Position numbers and translations under genes: made by a program. This document shows positions 45,493 to 54,019 of a stretch of 64,000 bases of DNA, in pieces. The notes under the pieces are model-generated. The model searched no databases. It was not told the DNA's origin and saw only the letters and a list, made by a program, of their open reading frames with translations. Source of the DNA: Chloroflexi bacterium HGW-Chloroflexi-3 (GTDB taxonomy: Bacteria > Chloroflexota > Anaerolineae > Anaerolineales > Anaerolineaceae); contig PHBX01000010.1 of the NCBI GenBank assembly GCA_002842045.1, forward strand, positions 6,267-70,266, written 5' to 3'. Each line of letters begins with the position of its first letter. Within the stretch, counting starts at the first letter, position 1.

Positions 45493-46434
45493 GTGTATAA
45501 CAGAGGTAGCATGCACTCAAAATTTCAAAAATCAATTGTTTTACCCGATCTGACAGATAAACACCAGCTAACCAGGATTGGTATGCTAAATTCAGCACGG
45601 GGAAAAATCACCTCTTTCGATCATACAGAGAAAAGCTCTTTATTGGCAGAAATTCATACGAGTGGCTTAAATTGTGTCTGGATCAACCTGGATGCCGATG
45701 ATCGTGACCAAGGTCGTTTCTGGTTAAAATTCGTGGCAGGTTTACGGAAATTCCACCCTGATATTGGCAAGGAACTTATTGGCAGTTTGCTGGATCACCA
45801 TTCGCAGCCATTAAAGCCTGTGCTTTTAACACTTACACACGAACTTGATCAGCAAGAAATACTGGTTGTTCTAGAAAATGTCCAATTCTTAAGTGGCCAG
45901 ACCTGGTGGAAATTCGTTCAAGAATGGCTAAACCAGAGTCTTACGATGAAATGGATTGGTCTGCAGGCTGATCACCAGGACAATTCGATCTCTGAGTTAA
46001 ATGGACTTGAAGGGGTGAACGCTGATCAGTATGCAAACCTGTCCACACGATTGATCGGTGATCAAGAATGGTTGGAGTATTTACACATTCTTTTATCTAA
46101 AAAAGAATTCGAACTTGCTGGTGAATTATTGGAAGAAAAAGGGGAAACCTGGCTGGAGAAAGGTTTTGATCCTTTGGAGCTTTTGTTCTGGCTCAGGGAA
46201 ATCCCCAGTGTTCTATTGAATGCCCGACCTGTATTGTGCTGGTTAGGAGCAAAAGCCTGTCATTCATTGGAATTACCACTTTTAGTTAATTATTATTCCA
46301 ACGCTGCTGAACATTCGCTCAGCTCATTATCGCGCTTCAGCAGAAATCAAGATGAATGGTTTACAATTGAAATCAATGAGGGCGGGATGACCGTTGGAGA
46401 ATTGCTCGAAAAAATAAATCAACTGAAACAATAA
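45493..46434 (+). CDS. MalT/LuxR-type STAND regulator remnant (no P-loop, no HTH)
   Basis: The NLDADDRDQGRFWLKFVAGLRKFHPDIGKELIGSLL...ILVVLENVQFL block resembles the post-NTPase region of MalT-like regulators. The Walker A region and C-terminal LuxR HTH are absent. Confidence 0.35.
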   Translation: MYNRGSMHSKFQKSIVLPDLTDKHQLTRIGMLNSARGKITSFDHTEKSSLLAEIHTSGLNCVWINLDADDRDQGRFWLKFVAGLRKFHPDIGKELIGSLLDHHSQPLKPVLLTLTHELDQQEILVVLENVQFLSGQTWWKFVQEWLNQSLTMKWIGLQADHQDNSISELNGLEGVNADQYANLSTRLIGDQEWLEYLHILLSKKEFELAGELLEEKGETWLEKGFDPLELLFWLREIPSVLLNARPVLCWLGAKACHSLELPLLVNYYSNAAEHSLSSLSRFSRNQDEWFTIEINEGGMTVGELLEKINQLKQ

Positions 46435-46450
46435 TATCTAAGGACTAAAT

Positions 46451-47169
46451 ATGTTCAACACATTGGAAGAACTGGGGAAGGAGTATTATATTCGCCCGGC
46501 CAGAATGGATGATGCACAGGTAGTGGCGGATTTATTCAATCGTTGCTCGCAGGAAATTATCCAGAAGAATGAGTTTGAAGCCGGAGAATTAAAAGCTGGT
46601 TGGGAGTCCGGGTCGCTTGAGATGGAAAAAGATACCATCATGGTGTGGAATCGGGAATCGCTGATCGCTTATGCGGATGTATGGGGCGTGCTACCTCCCT
46701 TTGTGCGGGTAAACACCTGGGTAAGGAAAAAGCTTTTGAAGACCACTGGGGACATATCGGAACGACTGACGAAGAAGGATTAAAAGAATTTGAGAGTGAA
46801 CATTTACTGGATCCCAATTATGATCCGGATTTATGGTTCGCTGCTGAAGCTGATGGGGAAATGGTTGGTATGATCTTTGGCAGTAAATCAACCCCGTTTG
46901 GCTCAGATTATGGCTGGGTATCGATTCTGGGAGTGAAACGTGAATGGCGGCATAAAAGAATTGGCAAAGCTTTAATGTTGCATTTTTTCCAGAAGATCAA
47001 AGAAAAAGGTAGCACAAAAGTTGGTTTGAGTGTCGATTCGGATAGTCTTACCGGGGCTACACAATTGTATGAGTCGATCGGTATACGTGTGATTGAGCAG
47101 TATGTGCGCATGGAGAAAATTCTACGTGAGGGAATCGACCTGCGGGTTCGTGATTTGGACCAGCCTTGA
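46451..47169 (+). pseudogene. frameshifted/internally deleted tandem-GNAT acetyltransferase
   Basis: Two overlapping ORFs in different frames (46451..46783, 46645..47169). The second carries the acetyl-CoA motif (REWRHKRIGKAL); the first GNAT half lacks it. Confidence 0.5.
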
Positions 47170-47203
47170 AGCAATTTCCGTGAATCATTGATAGAATTAA
47201 GCT

Positions 47204-47845
47204 ATGCAACGTTATCGAATTCCCGCAGATCGGACCAGAACAGAAATCTTGGTGGTTAATTCACGTTTCATTGCCACAGCTGCACCGGTTTTCAGTGTGG
47301 AGGAAGCCAGAGAATTCATTCATGCAGTGAAACAGGAGTTTTCGGATGCGAGCCATAATGTGCCGGCTTTTCTGGTGGGATTTGGTCAATCAGTGACCGC
47401 CCATTGTAGCGATGATGGTGAACCATCCGGAACAGCCGGTCGACCAGCCCTGGCGGTTCTACAAGGCAGTGGTTTGGGGGATATCGCTGTGGTGGTAACA
47501 CGCTATTTTGGTGGAACAAAACTGGGAACCGGGGGTTTGGTACGTGCCTACACAGATGCTGTTAAGGCAGTTTTGGAAATTTTACCGCTGGCTGAAAAAG
47601 TACCCACGCACACAGTTATGCTGGTGATTCCATACTCACTGTATGAGCAGGTGAAATTAATGATCCTGGAATTTAAAGGGAGAGTTCTGGATGAGGATTT
47701 TGGAGGGGACATAACGATCAGCATTCAATTTCAGGTGGAATATTTAGAGTCGTTCAATGCCAGAATGATCGAATTATCCAGGGGGAAAATCAAGGCGGAA
47801 ATTGTAGAAACCAATCCCGAAACAATCATGCTAATTGTCCAGTAA
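47204..47845 (+). CDS. YigZ/IMPACT-family protein (UPF0029)
   Basis: 213 aa. KSRFIA-like NSRFIATA, DDGEPSGTAG, RYFGGTKLGTGGL. Confidence 0.8.
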   Translation: MQRYRIPADRTRTEILVVNSRFIATAAPVFSVEEAREFIHAVKQEFSDASHNVPAFLVGFGQSVTAHCSDDGEPSGTAGRPALAVLQGSGLGDIAVVVTRYFGGTKLGTGGLVRAYTDAVKAVLEILPLAEKVPTHTVMLVIPYSLYEQVKLMILEFKGRVLDEDFGGDITISIQFQVEYLESFNARMIELSRGKIKAEIVETNPETIMLIVQ

Positions 47846-47933
47846 ATTATTTTTTTCCTAACAAATTTGATTATTGAAAATTGGGGAATTAAGTCATAAT
47901 ATAGATATAACTTTATACATTTGATATTAATAA

Positions 47934-47961
47934 TTGAATTCGTCTGCTTTTTTGCTATACT
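47934..47961 (+). promoter_or_regulatory. candidate sigma-70-type promoter of the T7SS-like operon
   Basis: TTGAAT (47934-47939), a 16-nt spacer, then TATACT (47956-47961), about 55 nt upstream of the first gene. The AT-rich context raises the chance of a spurious match. Confidence 0.3.
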
Positions 47962-47985
47962 ATTAAATATTATTGACCGAATTAT

Positions 47986-48000
47986 TCAATTATTAATTGA
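47986..48000. promoter_or_regulatory. 7-1-7 palindrome between candidate promoter and RBS
   Basis: TCAATTA-T-TAATTGA immediately upstream of AGGAGG (48005-48010). It could be an operator, or a chance match in AT-rich DNA. Confidence 0.2.
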
Positions 48001-48015
48001 TAATAGGAGGGACGA

Positions 48016-50349
48016 TTGAATGCAATGCTGAAAAAAGCTTTGCCGTACCTGCTTATTGGTGTTTTGTTTTTTTCCATCATCATTGAGGCATTTGCCCAAT
48101 CACAACCAGATGTGCGAATTAATACCGTTTCCACCATAGAATTGCCAGATTCTGTCAATTTAAAGGTTTATTTTAATTTATTTGACAAACAAACTGGTCA
48201 GGCAATTACCGATATCACCCCGGAAACTGCTCAAATCACATTGTTGAATACCGGTTTGACAACCGGAGGGGTGATCAAGCAACCGGATATTCCCATTTAT
48301 ATCACCATGGTACTGGATGCAAGCGGGAGTATGTCCGGTGCGCAGGCGCAACTCAAAGATGCAGCCAAACTGGCATTAACCAACGTACCCAATGATGCCT
48401 TTTTCTCGGTGGTTCAATTTGATGAAGAAATCGTACTTTTGCAGGATTTCACCGAGAATCAATCTGCCATCAGCTTCGCTATTGATCAGTTGAAGGTGAC
48501 GGGAAGAGGAACCTGCCTTTATGATGCTGCTTATACCGCAGTGGAAGCCATGGAGAAAGCGCCAGTTGGCAGGCGTGCGGTGATTCTCTTTACCGATGGG
48601 AAAGATGAAACCAAAGAAGGAAAAGTGTGCAGCCAGCATACTTACCGGGAACTGGTTGATAAAGCCATGAAAGCCCAGGTTCCGATCCACACGATTGGAT
48701 TATCTGTTTCAGCAGGAAACATCAACGCGGTTGAGTTGGAAAATATGGCTGCCAGCACCGGTGGATTTTCGGCTATCGGAAACGAAAGCCAGCTGAAGAA
48801 TTCCTTTGAGCAAATTATGCTCGGGTTGAAAGCCCAATGGATGGTGGAATCCAGTGTCTATCCCAGGCAGGGTGATAATAACGCTGTTTTAACCATGAAT
48901 TTGAAAGATGCAGGAGAAACTAGCACAGCATTTATCGTCACATCCAGTAAAGAATACCCGGGTCCCCCTAGCCCAGTGTCGGCTAAGCTGGATGGGTTTG
49001 CTTTACGTCCCGAAACAATGACTTATGATGTACAGATCTCGCTTACCTCGCCGGAGATGGTTAATTATTTGCGCGTAGCCATTTGGGAAAAAGAAGGTGG
49101 ATCCAAAATAACCGAATTTATCTTTGAAAACCTGGCAAGTTTCAACACACTCAATATCCCAACCAATGCATTGACCGCCGGTCGTGATTACGAAATGAGG
49201 ATCGTCGCTACCGATAAAGAAAATAATTTCCCCTTTGCGATCGTGAAGGACGATCAGGGGAAAGCATTCACCGAATTAATTCACGAATTCAAATTTGATC
49301 CATCCGGTGTTTTGCCAAAGTTGAGTATTCAATCGGTGATTCAGGACAACAACGATCTGGTGATTCAAATAGCCACCACCAACCCGCTCCTGGTGAAAGG
49401 ATATGATGGGTGGCTAATTGATGAAGAAACCAACACGGTTGTTCCCAATTCAACCTTCAGCAGTGATGTGCTTCCGAATGGCAGTGGTTCGATCACCATT
49501 CCGATGGTGGAAGCAAAAGTTCCATCAGGAAAATACACCATTCTGGTGAGGGCTCTGGGGGAAGGAACCAGTGTATTTGCGTCCCAGCAATACAATGGGG
49601 TGGTGTACCAGACCAAGAAAGTATCGATATTTGAGCGGGTTTTTTCAGCCTTAAGAGCATCACCAATTTTCTTCTACATCATTCTTGGAATTATTCTGGT
49701 CGTAATAGCCTTCCTGATGATCTATAACTGGAGAGAGAAATCTCTCTCTGGAACGCCGGTCATGCAGGGTCGATTAGGTGGCCAAATGAAAGCCAAACGA
49801 GGGATAAAAGAACCTTCCCCGTTTGCGGATCACGAACCCATTCCTGGAGCTTCGGTGGCACGACCAGTCCAACCTTCTCCAGTAAAAATACCTGGACCGC
49901 AAGCTTATGATTTACCCGTGATGCCTACACCGGTAGCAAAACCAACACCGGCAAGTGTACCACCCGATCAGCTGGATCAAACAATCGTCGGGGCACCCCC
50001 TATGGGAGATGCGACGCTGGTTTCACCCGCCATCAAATTGCCCTCGTTATCTGTGGTAAACGCACCACCAGGCGTATTATCACCTGGGCAAAAAATCAGT
50101 GTGCAGCAATTACCGTTTACGATCGGACGAGTAGGTGCCATGTTGACCGTTAGCGAGGCCAGTGTTTCCCGCTTGCATGCTCAAATTTCAATGGATCCTC
50201 AAACCAAGCGATTCATGATTACGGATATGAATAGCAGTAATGGAACCCGGGTAAATGGAACTCCATTGACCCCTGGCCAATCGTCGTTCTTAAATCATGG
50301 CAGTCGTATTCAAATTGGACCCAATGTAGAAATCGTTTTTGAAAATTAA
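48016..50349 (+). CDS. bitopic vWA - Ig-like region - TM - Pro-rich linker - FHA protein
   Basis: 777 aa. Start is TTG 48016 or ATG 48025, after AGGAGG. Signal/TM N-terminus and a vWA domain with MIDAS DASGSMSG (about 48316-48337). A beta-rich middle and a TM segment (IFFYIILGIILVVIAFLMIY) follow. The C-terminal FHA reads FTIGRV..VSRLHAQI..SSNGTRVNG. Confidence 0.8.
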   Translation: MNAMLKKALPYLLIGVLFFSIIIEAFAQSQPDVRINTVSTIELPDSVNLKVYFNLFDKQTGQAITDITPETAQITLLNTGLTTGGVIKQPDIPIYITMVLDASGSMSGAQAQLKDAAKLALTNVPNDAFFSVVQFDEEIVLLQDFTENQSAISFAIDQLKVTGRGTCLYDAAYTAVEAMEKAPVGRRAVILFTDGKDETKEGKVCSQHTYRELVDKAMKAQVPIHTIGLSVSAGNINAVELENMAASTGGFSAIGNESQLKNSFEQIMLGLKAQWMVESSVYPRQGDNNAVLTMNLKDAGETSTAFIVTSSKEYPGPPSPVSAKLDGFALRPETMTYDVQISLTSPEMVNYLRVAIWEKEGGSKITEFIFENLASFNTLNIPTNALTAGRDYEMRIVATDKENNFPFAIVKDDQGKAFTELIHEFKFDPSGVLPKLSIQSVIQDNNDLVIQIATTNPLLVKGYDGWLIDEETNTVVPNSTFSSDVLPNGSGSITIPMVEAKVPSGKYTILVRALGEGTSVFASQQYNGVVYQTKKVSIFERVFSALRASPIFFYIILGIILVVIAFLMIYNWREKSLSGTPVMQGRLGGQMKAKRGIKEPSPFADHEPIPGASVARPVQPSPVKIPGPQAYDLPVMPTPVAKPTPASVPPDQLDQTIVGAPPMGDATLVSPAIKLPSLSVVNAPPGVLSPGQKISVQQLPFTIGRVGAMLTVSEASVSRLHAQISMDPQTKRFMITDMNSSNGTRVNGTPLTPGQSSFLNHGSRIQIGPNVEIVFEN

Positions 50350-50367
50350 TAGATTGGAAAGTGAAAT

Positions 50368-51375
50368 ATGGCTGATAAAACAATACTTGATATCCAGGCA
50401 ATTGATGCCCTCCGTAAAAAATTTCAGAATGAAGGGGAAGAACTTGCGGAATTAACCGTTAGAACCCGACAAAAAGTGCACAATCTGCAAAAGGATTGGA
50501 TTGGGCTGGGATCGGATGCATTCTTCGATGAAATGGAAATGGTGCTTTTGCCTGCCATGAAGCGTTTGTTCGAAGCCATGATGCGCTCCTCAGATGTTCT
50601 GGGAGATATTAAGAAAATCTACCGAAATGCTGAAGATCAAAGTGCCAATTTCTTTAAAGGTGATTTTGAAAATGTCAATTTAGGCACGACTGATTTTGGT
50701 GCCGGGCAATTTGGCGGAGCAGGTGGTTCTGGTGTGAATTTAGGTCAGACCGATTTCGGGGCAGGACAATTTGGTGCTACAGGTGGCGGCGGAGGAGCTG
50801 GTTTAGGCGAAACAGACTTCGGTGCCAGCCAATTTGGTGGGTCTGGGGGTACGCAGGGAGGAACCGGATTGGGTGAGACTGATTTCGGAGCAGGTCAGTT
50901 TGGTGGCCAACAAGGTGCTACCCCCGGTGGCGATTCAGGATCTGGACAAGCCCCACAGCCACAGCAAGCAACCCAACCACTTGAGACAAAAATGGATTCC
51001 TCAGCAGGCGCAGGTAGTGGCGGAGGAGGCACTGGGGGTGGTGATAGTTCCGGGATGCAAGGGGACCTGAACAATATGGGAACCGGACTGGGTGGTTCGC
51101 AGTCCTCCTCGGGATTTAGCGGTGGAGGTGGCACTTCCGGAGGTGGGTCCGGAACACCTATGTCTGATCATGTTTATCAAAGTGTTGGTTCATCATCTCC
51201 TGGTGGAGGTGTTTCATCTGGACCATCCGGTGCACCAGCTCCCAGCAGCAGCCCACCACCGCCTTCTGAGGGTGGTGAGGGCATCTCGACGGCTGGAACA
51301 GCTGGCGTAGTTGGTGGCGTTGGTGCTGCGGCGGCGGCAGCCAAAAAAGTTGTCAAAGACAAAGATAACAAATAG
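50368..51375 (+). CDS. WXG100-like protein with long Gly-rich repeat tail
   Basis: The first ~100 aa are paralogous to the next gene (W-I-G in ..KDWIGLGSDAFFDEM..). A YRNAE (YxxxE) motif lies at 50620-50634. Four LG-x-TDFGAGQFGG repeats, a Gly/Ser-rich tract and a hydrophobic Ala/Gly/Val C-terminus follow. Confidence 0.65.
   Translation: MADKTILDIQAIDALRKKFQNEGEELAELTVRTRQKVHNLQKDWIGLGSDAFFDEMEMVLLPAMKRLFEAMMRSSDVLGDIKKIYRNAEDQSANFFKGDFENVNLGTTDFGAGQFGGAGGSGVNLGQTDFGAGQFGATGGGGGAGLGETDFGASQFGGSGGTQGGTGLGETDFGAGQFGGQQGATPGGDSGSGQAPQPQQATQPLETKMDSSAGAGSGGGGTGGGDSSGMQGDLNNMGTGLGGSQSSSGFSGGGGTSGGGSGTPMSDHVYQSVGSSSPGGGVSSGPSGAPAPSSSPPPPSEGGEGISTAGTAGVVGGVGAAAAAAKKVVKDKDNK
50677..50907 (+). repeat. 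four imperfect in-frame tandem repeats (about 57-66 nt) encoding NLG(T/Q/E)TDFGAGQFGG + Gly spacer
   Basis: Read directly from the sequence: NLGTTDFGAGQFGG / NLGQTDFGAGQFGA / LGETDFGASQFGG / LGETDFGAGQFGG. Confidence 0.8.
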
Positions 51376-51524
51376 CAATCATCGCAGATTTTTCAATAAA
51401 CCCAAACAGGAGGTAACCAGAAAAAGAGTTTTCTCAATCCCAATCCAAAAAATTATGTTGTTTATAAATCTGAACTAAGTGAAATACAACAAACAATTAA
51501 TTGTCAATTTAGAAAGGATTAAAA

Positions 51525-51827
51525 ATGGCCGATAGAACTGAACTTAATGGCGAACAATTGGCACAAATGATGAAGAAATTTCAAAGTGAAGCGGATGAAT
51601 TAAACCAACTGCTTGGCCAAACCCGGAATAAAATTGGTACTTTAAGAAGTAGTGGCTGGGTAGGACGTGGATCAGACCAATTCTACAATGAGATGGAATC
51701 GCTGGTGTTGCCTGCTGTACAACGGTTAGTTGCTGCGCTTAATGCTGCATCCAACCAGGTGAATGCGATCATGAAGATTTATGATGATGCGCAGAATCAA
51801 GCGCAATCTTTGTATAAATTAGAGTAG
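51525..51827 (+). CDS. WXG100-family (ESAT-6-like) protein
   Basis: 100 aa, predicted helix-turn-helix with central W-V-G (..SSGWVGRGSDQFYNEM..). RBS AAAGGA lies upstream. Confidence 0.7.
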   Translation: MADRTELNGEQLAQMMKKFQSEADELNQLLGQTRNKIGTLRSSGWVGRGSDQFYNEMESLVLPAVQRLVAALNAASNQVNAIMKIYDDAQNQAQSLYKLE

Positions 51828-51858
51828 AACAAAAAACCATCCATAAAGGAGATAAACA

Positions 51859-52155
51859 ATGGCTGACAAGATTAAACTAAATTATCCACAGATGGAAGAA
51901 ATGGCGCAACACATGAAGGCTGTTTCACAACGATTGCTGCAGACCACTCGCCTGGCACGCTCGATTGCACAGGAAATGCAAGGAGGTGCTCTGGTTGGTG
52001 ATGCGGGCGAAGCCTTCGTGAATGCTTTGAACAGCGCATTTGTTCCCGGTGTGACTAAATTGAGCCAGAAATTTGATGAAGTATCAAAAGATATCACACA
52101 AGCAATTAACGACATGAAATCTGCCGATAGTCGCTCTCGCTCAGAATTCAGATAG
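51859..52155 (+). CDS. WXG100-like small helical protein (degenerate motif L-V-G)
   Basis: 98 aa with the same length and layout. The central ..GGALVGDAGEAFVNAL.. lacks the Trp. RBS AAGGAG. Confidence 0.5.
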   Translation: MADKIKLNYPQMEEMAQHMKAVSQRLLQTTRLARSIAQEMQGGALVGDAGEAFVNALNSAFVPGVTKLSQKFDEVSKDITQAINDMKSADSRSRSEFR

Positions 52156-52171
52156 GATTTGGAGGATTATT

Positions 52172-52504
52172 ATGAACTTTATTCTAAAATTGGTATATTC
52201 AGCAGTAAATGGCGTTATGGGTCAAATTAAAAAACTGTTGAATCAAATCACTTCCGAAATCACTTCCCCATTACGGGGGATGGTCCAACAAGTCGTTGGT
52301 GGCGTTTGGAAGGGAGATGGAGCAACACGCTTTGTGCAAGAAATGCAAACATTGGTTATTCCAGCGTTGTTATCCCTGGTTGGGGTCAATACCAGTTTTG
52401 TTAACGCGCTTCAAAAATCAACTGAGATATTTCGAAATGCCGACAAACAGGCCACTTCCAAAGCTAATGAATTACTGGACATTTTTGGCGGTATATTCAA
52501 ATAA
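52172..52504 (+). CDS. WXG100-like small helical protein
   Basis: 110 aa with central W-K-G (..GGVWKGDGATRFVQEM..). RBS GGAGGA. Confidence 0.55.
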   Translation: MNFILKLVYSAVNGVMGQIKKLLNQITSEITSPLRGMVQQVVGGVWKGDGATRFVQEMQTLVIPALLSLVGVNTSFVNALQKSTEIFRNADKQATSKANELLDIFGGIFK

Positions 52505-52532
52505 CCTGCAATAAAAGAAAAGGAGATGCAAA

Positions 52533-52832
52533 ATGGCTCAAGAAGTATATATGGACGTTCCAGCAGTCCAAAAAATCGCTAGTAATTTTGGCAAATTTGG
52601 CCAGACATTGAAGCGTATTGCCAAAGGTTTGGAAACTGCCATTATGGTATTGAAGGCTACCGCATTTGTAGGCATGATCGGTAACCTGGCAGTGGCTTCT
52701 TACCTCGAAAGGATCAAACCCCGGGTTGAAAAATTAGCCGAAGACATGATTGAACTTCAACATGATGTCAATGCAGCCGTCAAACATTATCAAACCGGTG
52801 ATTTGAGTGGTTCAGCTCGCTTCCGCAGTTGA
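52533..52832 (+). CDS. small helical protein, possible divergent WXG100-type partner
   Basis: 99 aa. No WXG; a hydrophobic central turn (..ATAFVGMIGNLA..). RBS AAGGAG. Assigned by size and position only. Confidence 0.4.
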   Translation: MAQEVYMDVPAVQKIASNFGKFGQTLKRIAKGLETAIMVLKATAFVGMIGNLAVASYLERIKPRVEKLAEDMIELQHDVNAAVKHYQTGDLSGSARFRS

Positions 52833-52861
52833 TCATTTTATTCATGAATAAATAGAGACAG

Positions 52862-52898
52862 TTAGCAAGTATGTGATTTGATATCACATACTTGCTAA
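52862..52898 (+). terminator. strong hairpin between substrate genes and machinery genes (terminator/attenuator candidate)
   Basis: Perfect 16-bp inverted repeat TTAGCAAGTATGTGAT / ATCACATACTTGCTAA with a 5-nt loop, followed by AAAAATTATTATTGTTTT. Confidence 0.5.
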
Positions 52899-52933
52899 AA
52901 ATTATTATTGTTTTCCAGAGGAAGTAAGGCATT

Positions 52934-54001
52934 ATGAATCGAATTTGTCTCAAGTGTAATGTCATCTCTCAGGATTTCAATCTCTGGTGCCAGGAGAAAT
53001 ATTGCCCGGCGGAAAATGCGACCGAAATTTTCAATAATGGAGAATGGTTTGGTATCTTTGAAATCGTTCAGCCATTATTGATCCTTCGTTCTGCGATTGT
53101 ATACCAGGCACGCCGGGAAGAAGAGATTGTTTTTCTAAAAATTGCCAATACAGGTTGCGAGGACAAATTAAGGCAGGAAGCCATCGCCTTTTACCAGCTC
53201 GCAAAAGCCGGTCAACATCCGTTGTTACCTATATTATTACCAGCCCATCCTCAAAGCACCATCGCCCAACACCCCTATGGTTGGACAGTGATTCAGGGAA
53301 AAGTAAAATATTATTCAGTATTTAAATTCGTTGAAGGGGAAGTTCTCAGGAATTATTTATATAAAAATCCACAACCCTGGTTTCAACATGTAGGTTGGAT
53401 CGGACTCAGTGTCAGTGACGTGGTTTATTATTTACATCGCGCTGGAAAGATTCACCTCTGTTTGAACCCGGATGTTGTTTACTTACGTTTTGATAAGCAG
53501 GGAATTCCAAGGCCCATGTTACTGGACCTGGGGGTAGGGGATTTAAGCAACAATATCTCACAAATCTGGAACGACCAGTACAATCTACCCGCTTATACGC
53601 CGCCAGAAATTCTGAAAAACGATAATCAGGTCTCGCATGCTGCTGATGTGTATGGGATCGGTTTACTGATGTACGAAATGTTAACTGGCCATCCTGCTTA
53701 TGAATATCACTTAAAAAAAGATGATACGGTTGCCAATATGGTAAAAAGTGGCGTATTTAAACCCACAGGTAGAATTGATCTTAAAGAAATTCCTGCAATC
53801 GTGGAGAAAGCCATCAATGTTCACCCTCAAGCACGTTTTACGGATGTTTTATCCCTGGTTAATACGTTAAAACCATATTTTCCCCCCATTCCTGCGGAGA
53901 AAAAATCGAGAGGTATCAATTGGAAATTGGTTTTCATCGTCCTGGCGGCTTTATTGGCCATTTCATTAATTTTAAGTTTTGCAGTTTCACTGATGCAATG
54001 A
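52934..54001 (+). CDS. zinc-ribbon + degenerate protein-kinase-like domain + C-terminal TM (predicted pseudokinase; EssB/YukC-like by inference)
   Basis: 355 aa. N-terminal CLKC..C..C. Kinase-like blocks: VFLKIA, EAIAFYQL, YYLHRAGKIH, DLG, YTPPE, DVYGIGLLMYEMLTG. There is no Gly-rich loop. The catalytic loop reads HLCLNPD (53453-53473) instead of HRDxKPxN. TM segment: LVFIVLAALLAISLILSFAV. Confidence 0.6.
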   Translation: MNRICLKCNVISQDFNLWCQEKYCPAENATEIFNNGEWFGIFEIVQPLLILRSAIVYQARREEEIVFLKIANTGCEDKLRQEAIAFYQLAKAGQHPLLPILLPAHPQSTIAQHPYGWTVIQGKVKYYSVFKFVEGEVLRNYLYKNPQPWFQHVGWIGLSVSDVVYYLHRAGKIHLCLNPDVVYLRFDKQGIPRPMLLDLGVGDLSNNISQIWNDQYNLPAYTPPEILKNDNQVSHAADVYGIGLLMYEMLTGHPAYEYHLKKDDTVANMVKSGVFKPTGRIDLKEIPAIVEKAINVHPQARFTDVLSLVNTLKPYFPPIPAEKKSRGINWKLVFIVLAALLAISLILSFAVSLMQ

Positions 54002-54019
54002 TGATCGGGGAGGTATAAA

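Noticed and set aside
50822-51371. Alternate-frame and antisense ORFs across the Gly-rich tail of the WXG100-like gene (50822..51070, 50895..51134, 51092..51310, 51177..51371).
   Set aside because: GGN-rich repeats keep several frames open by composition. The Pro-rich and Leu/Val-rich translations are by-products of that, and only the WXG100 frame has an RBS and N-terminal homology.
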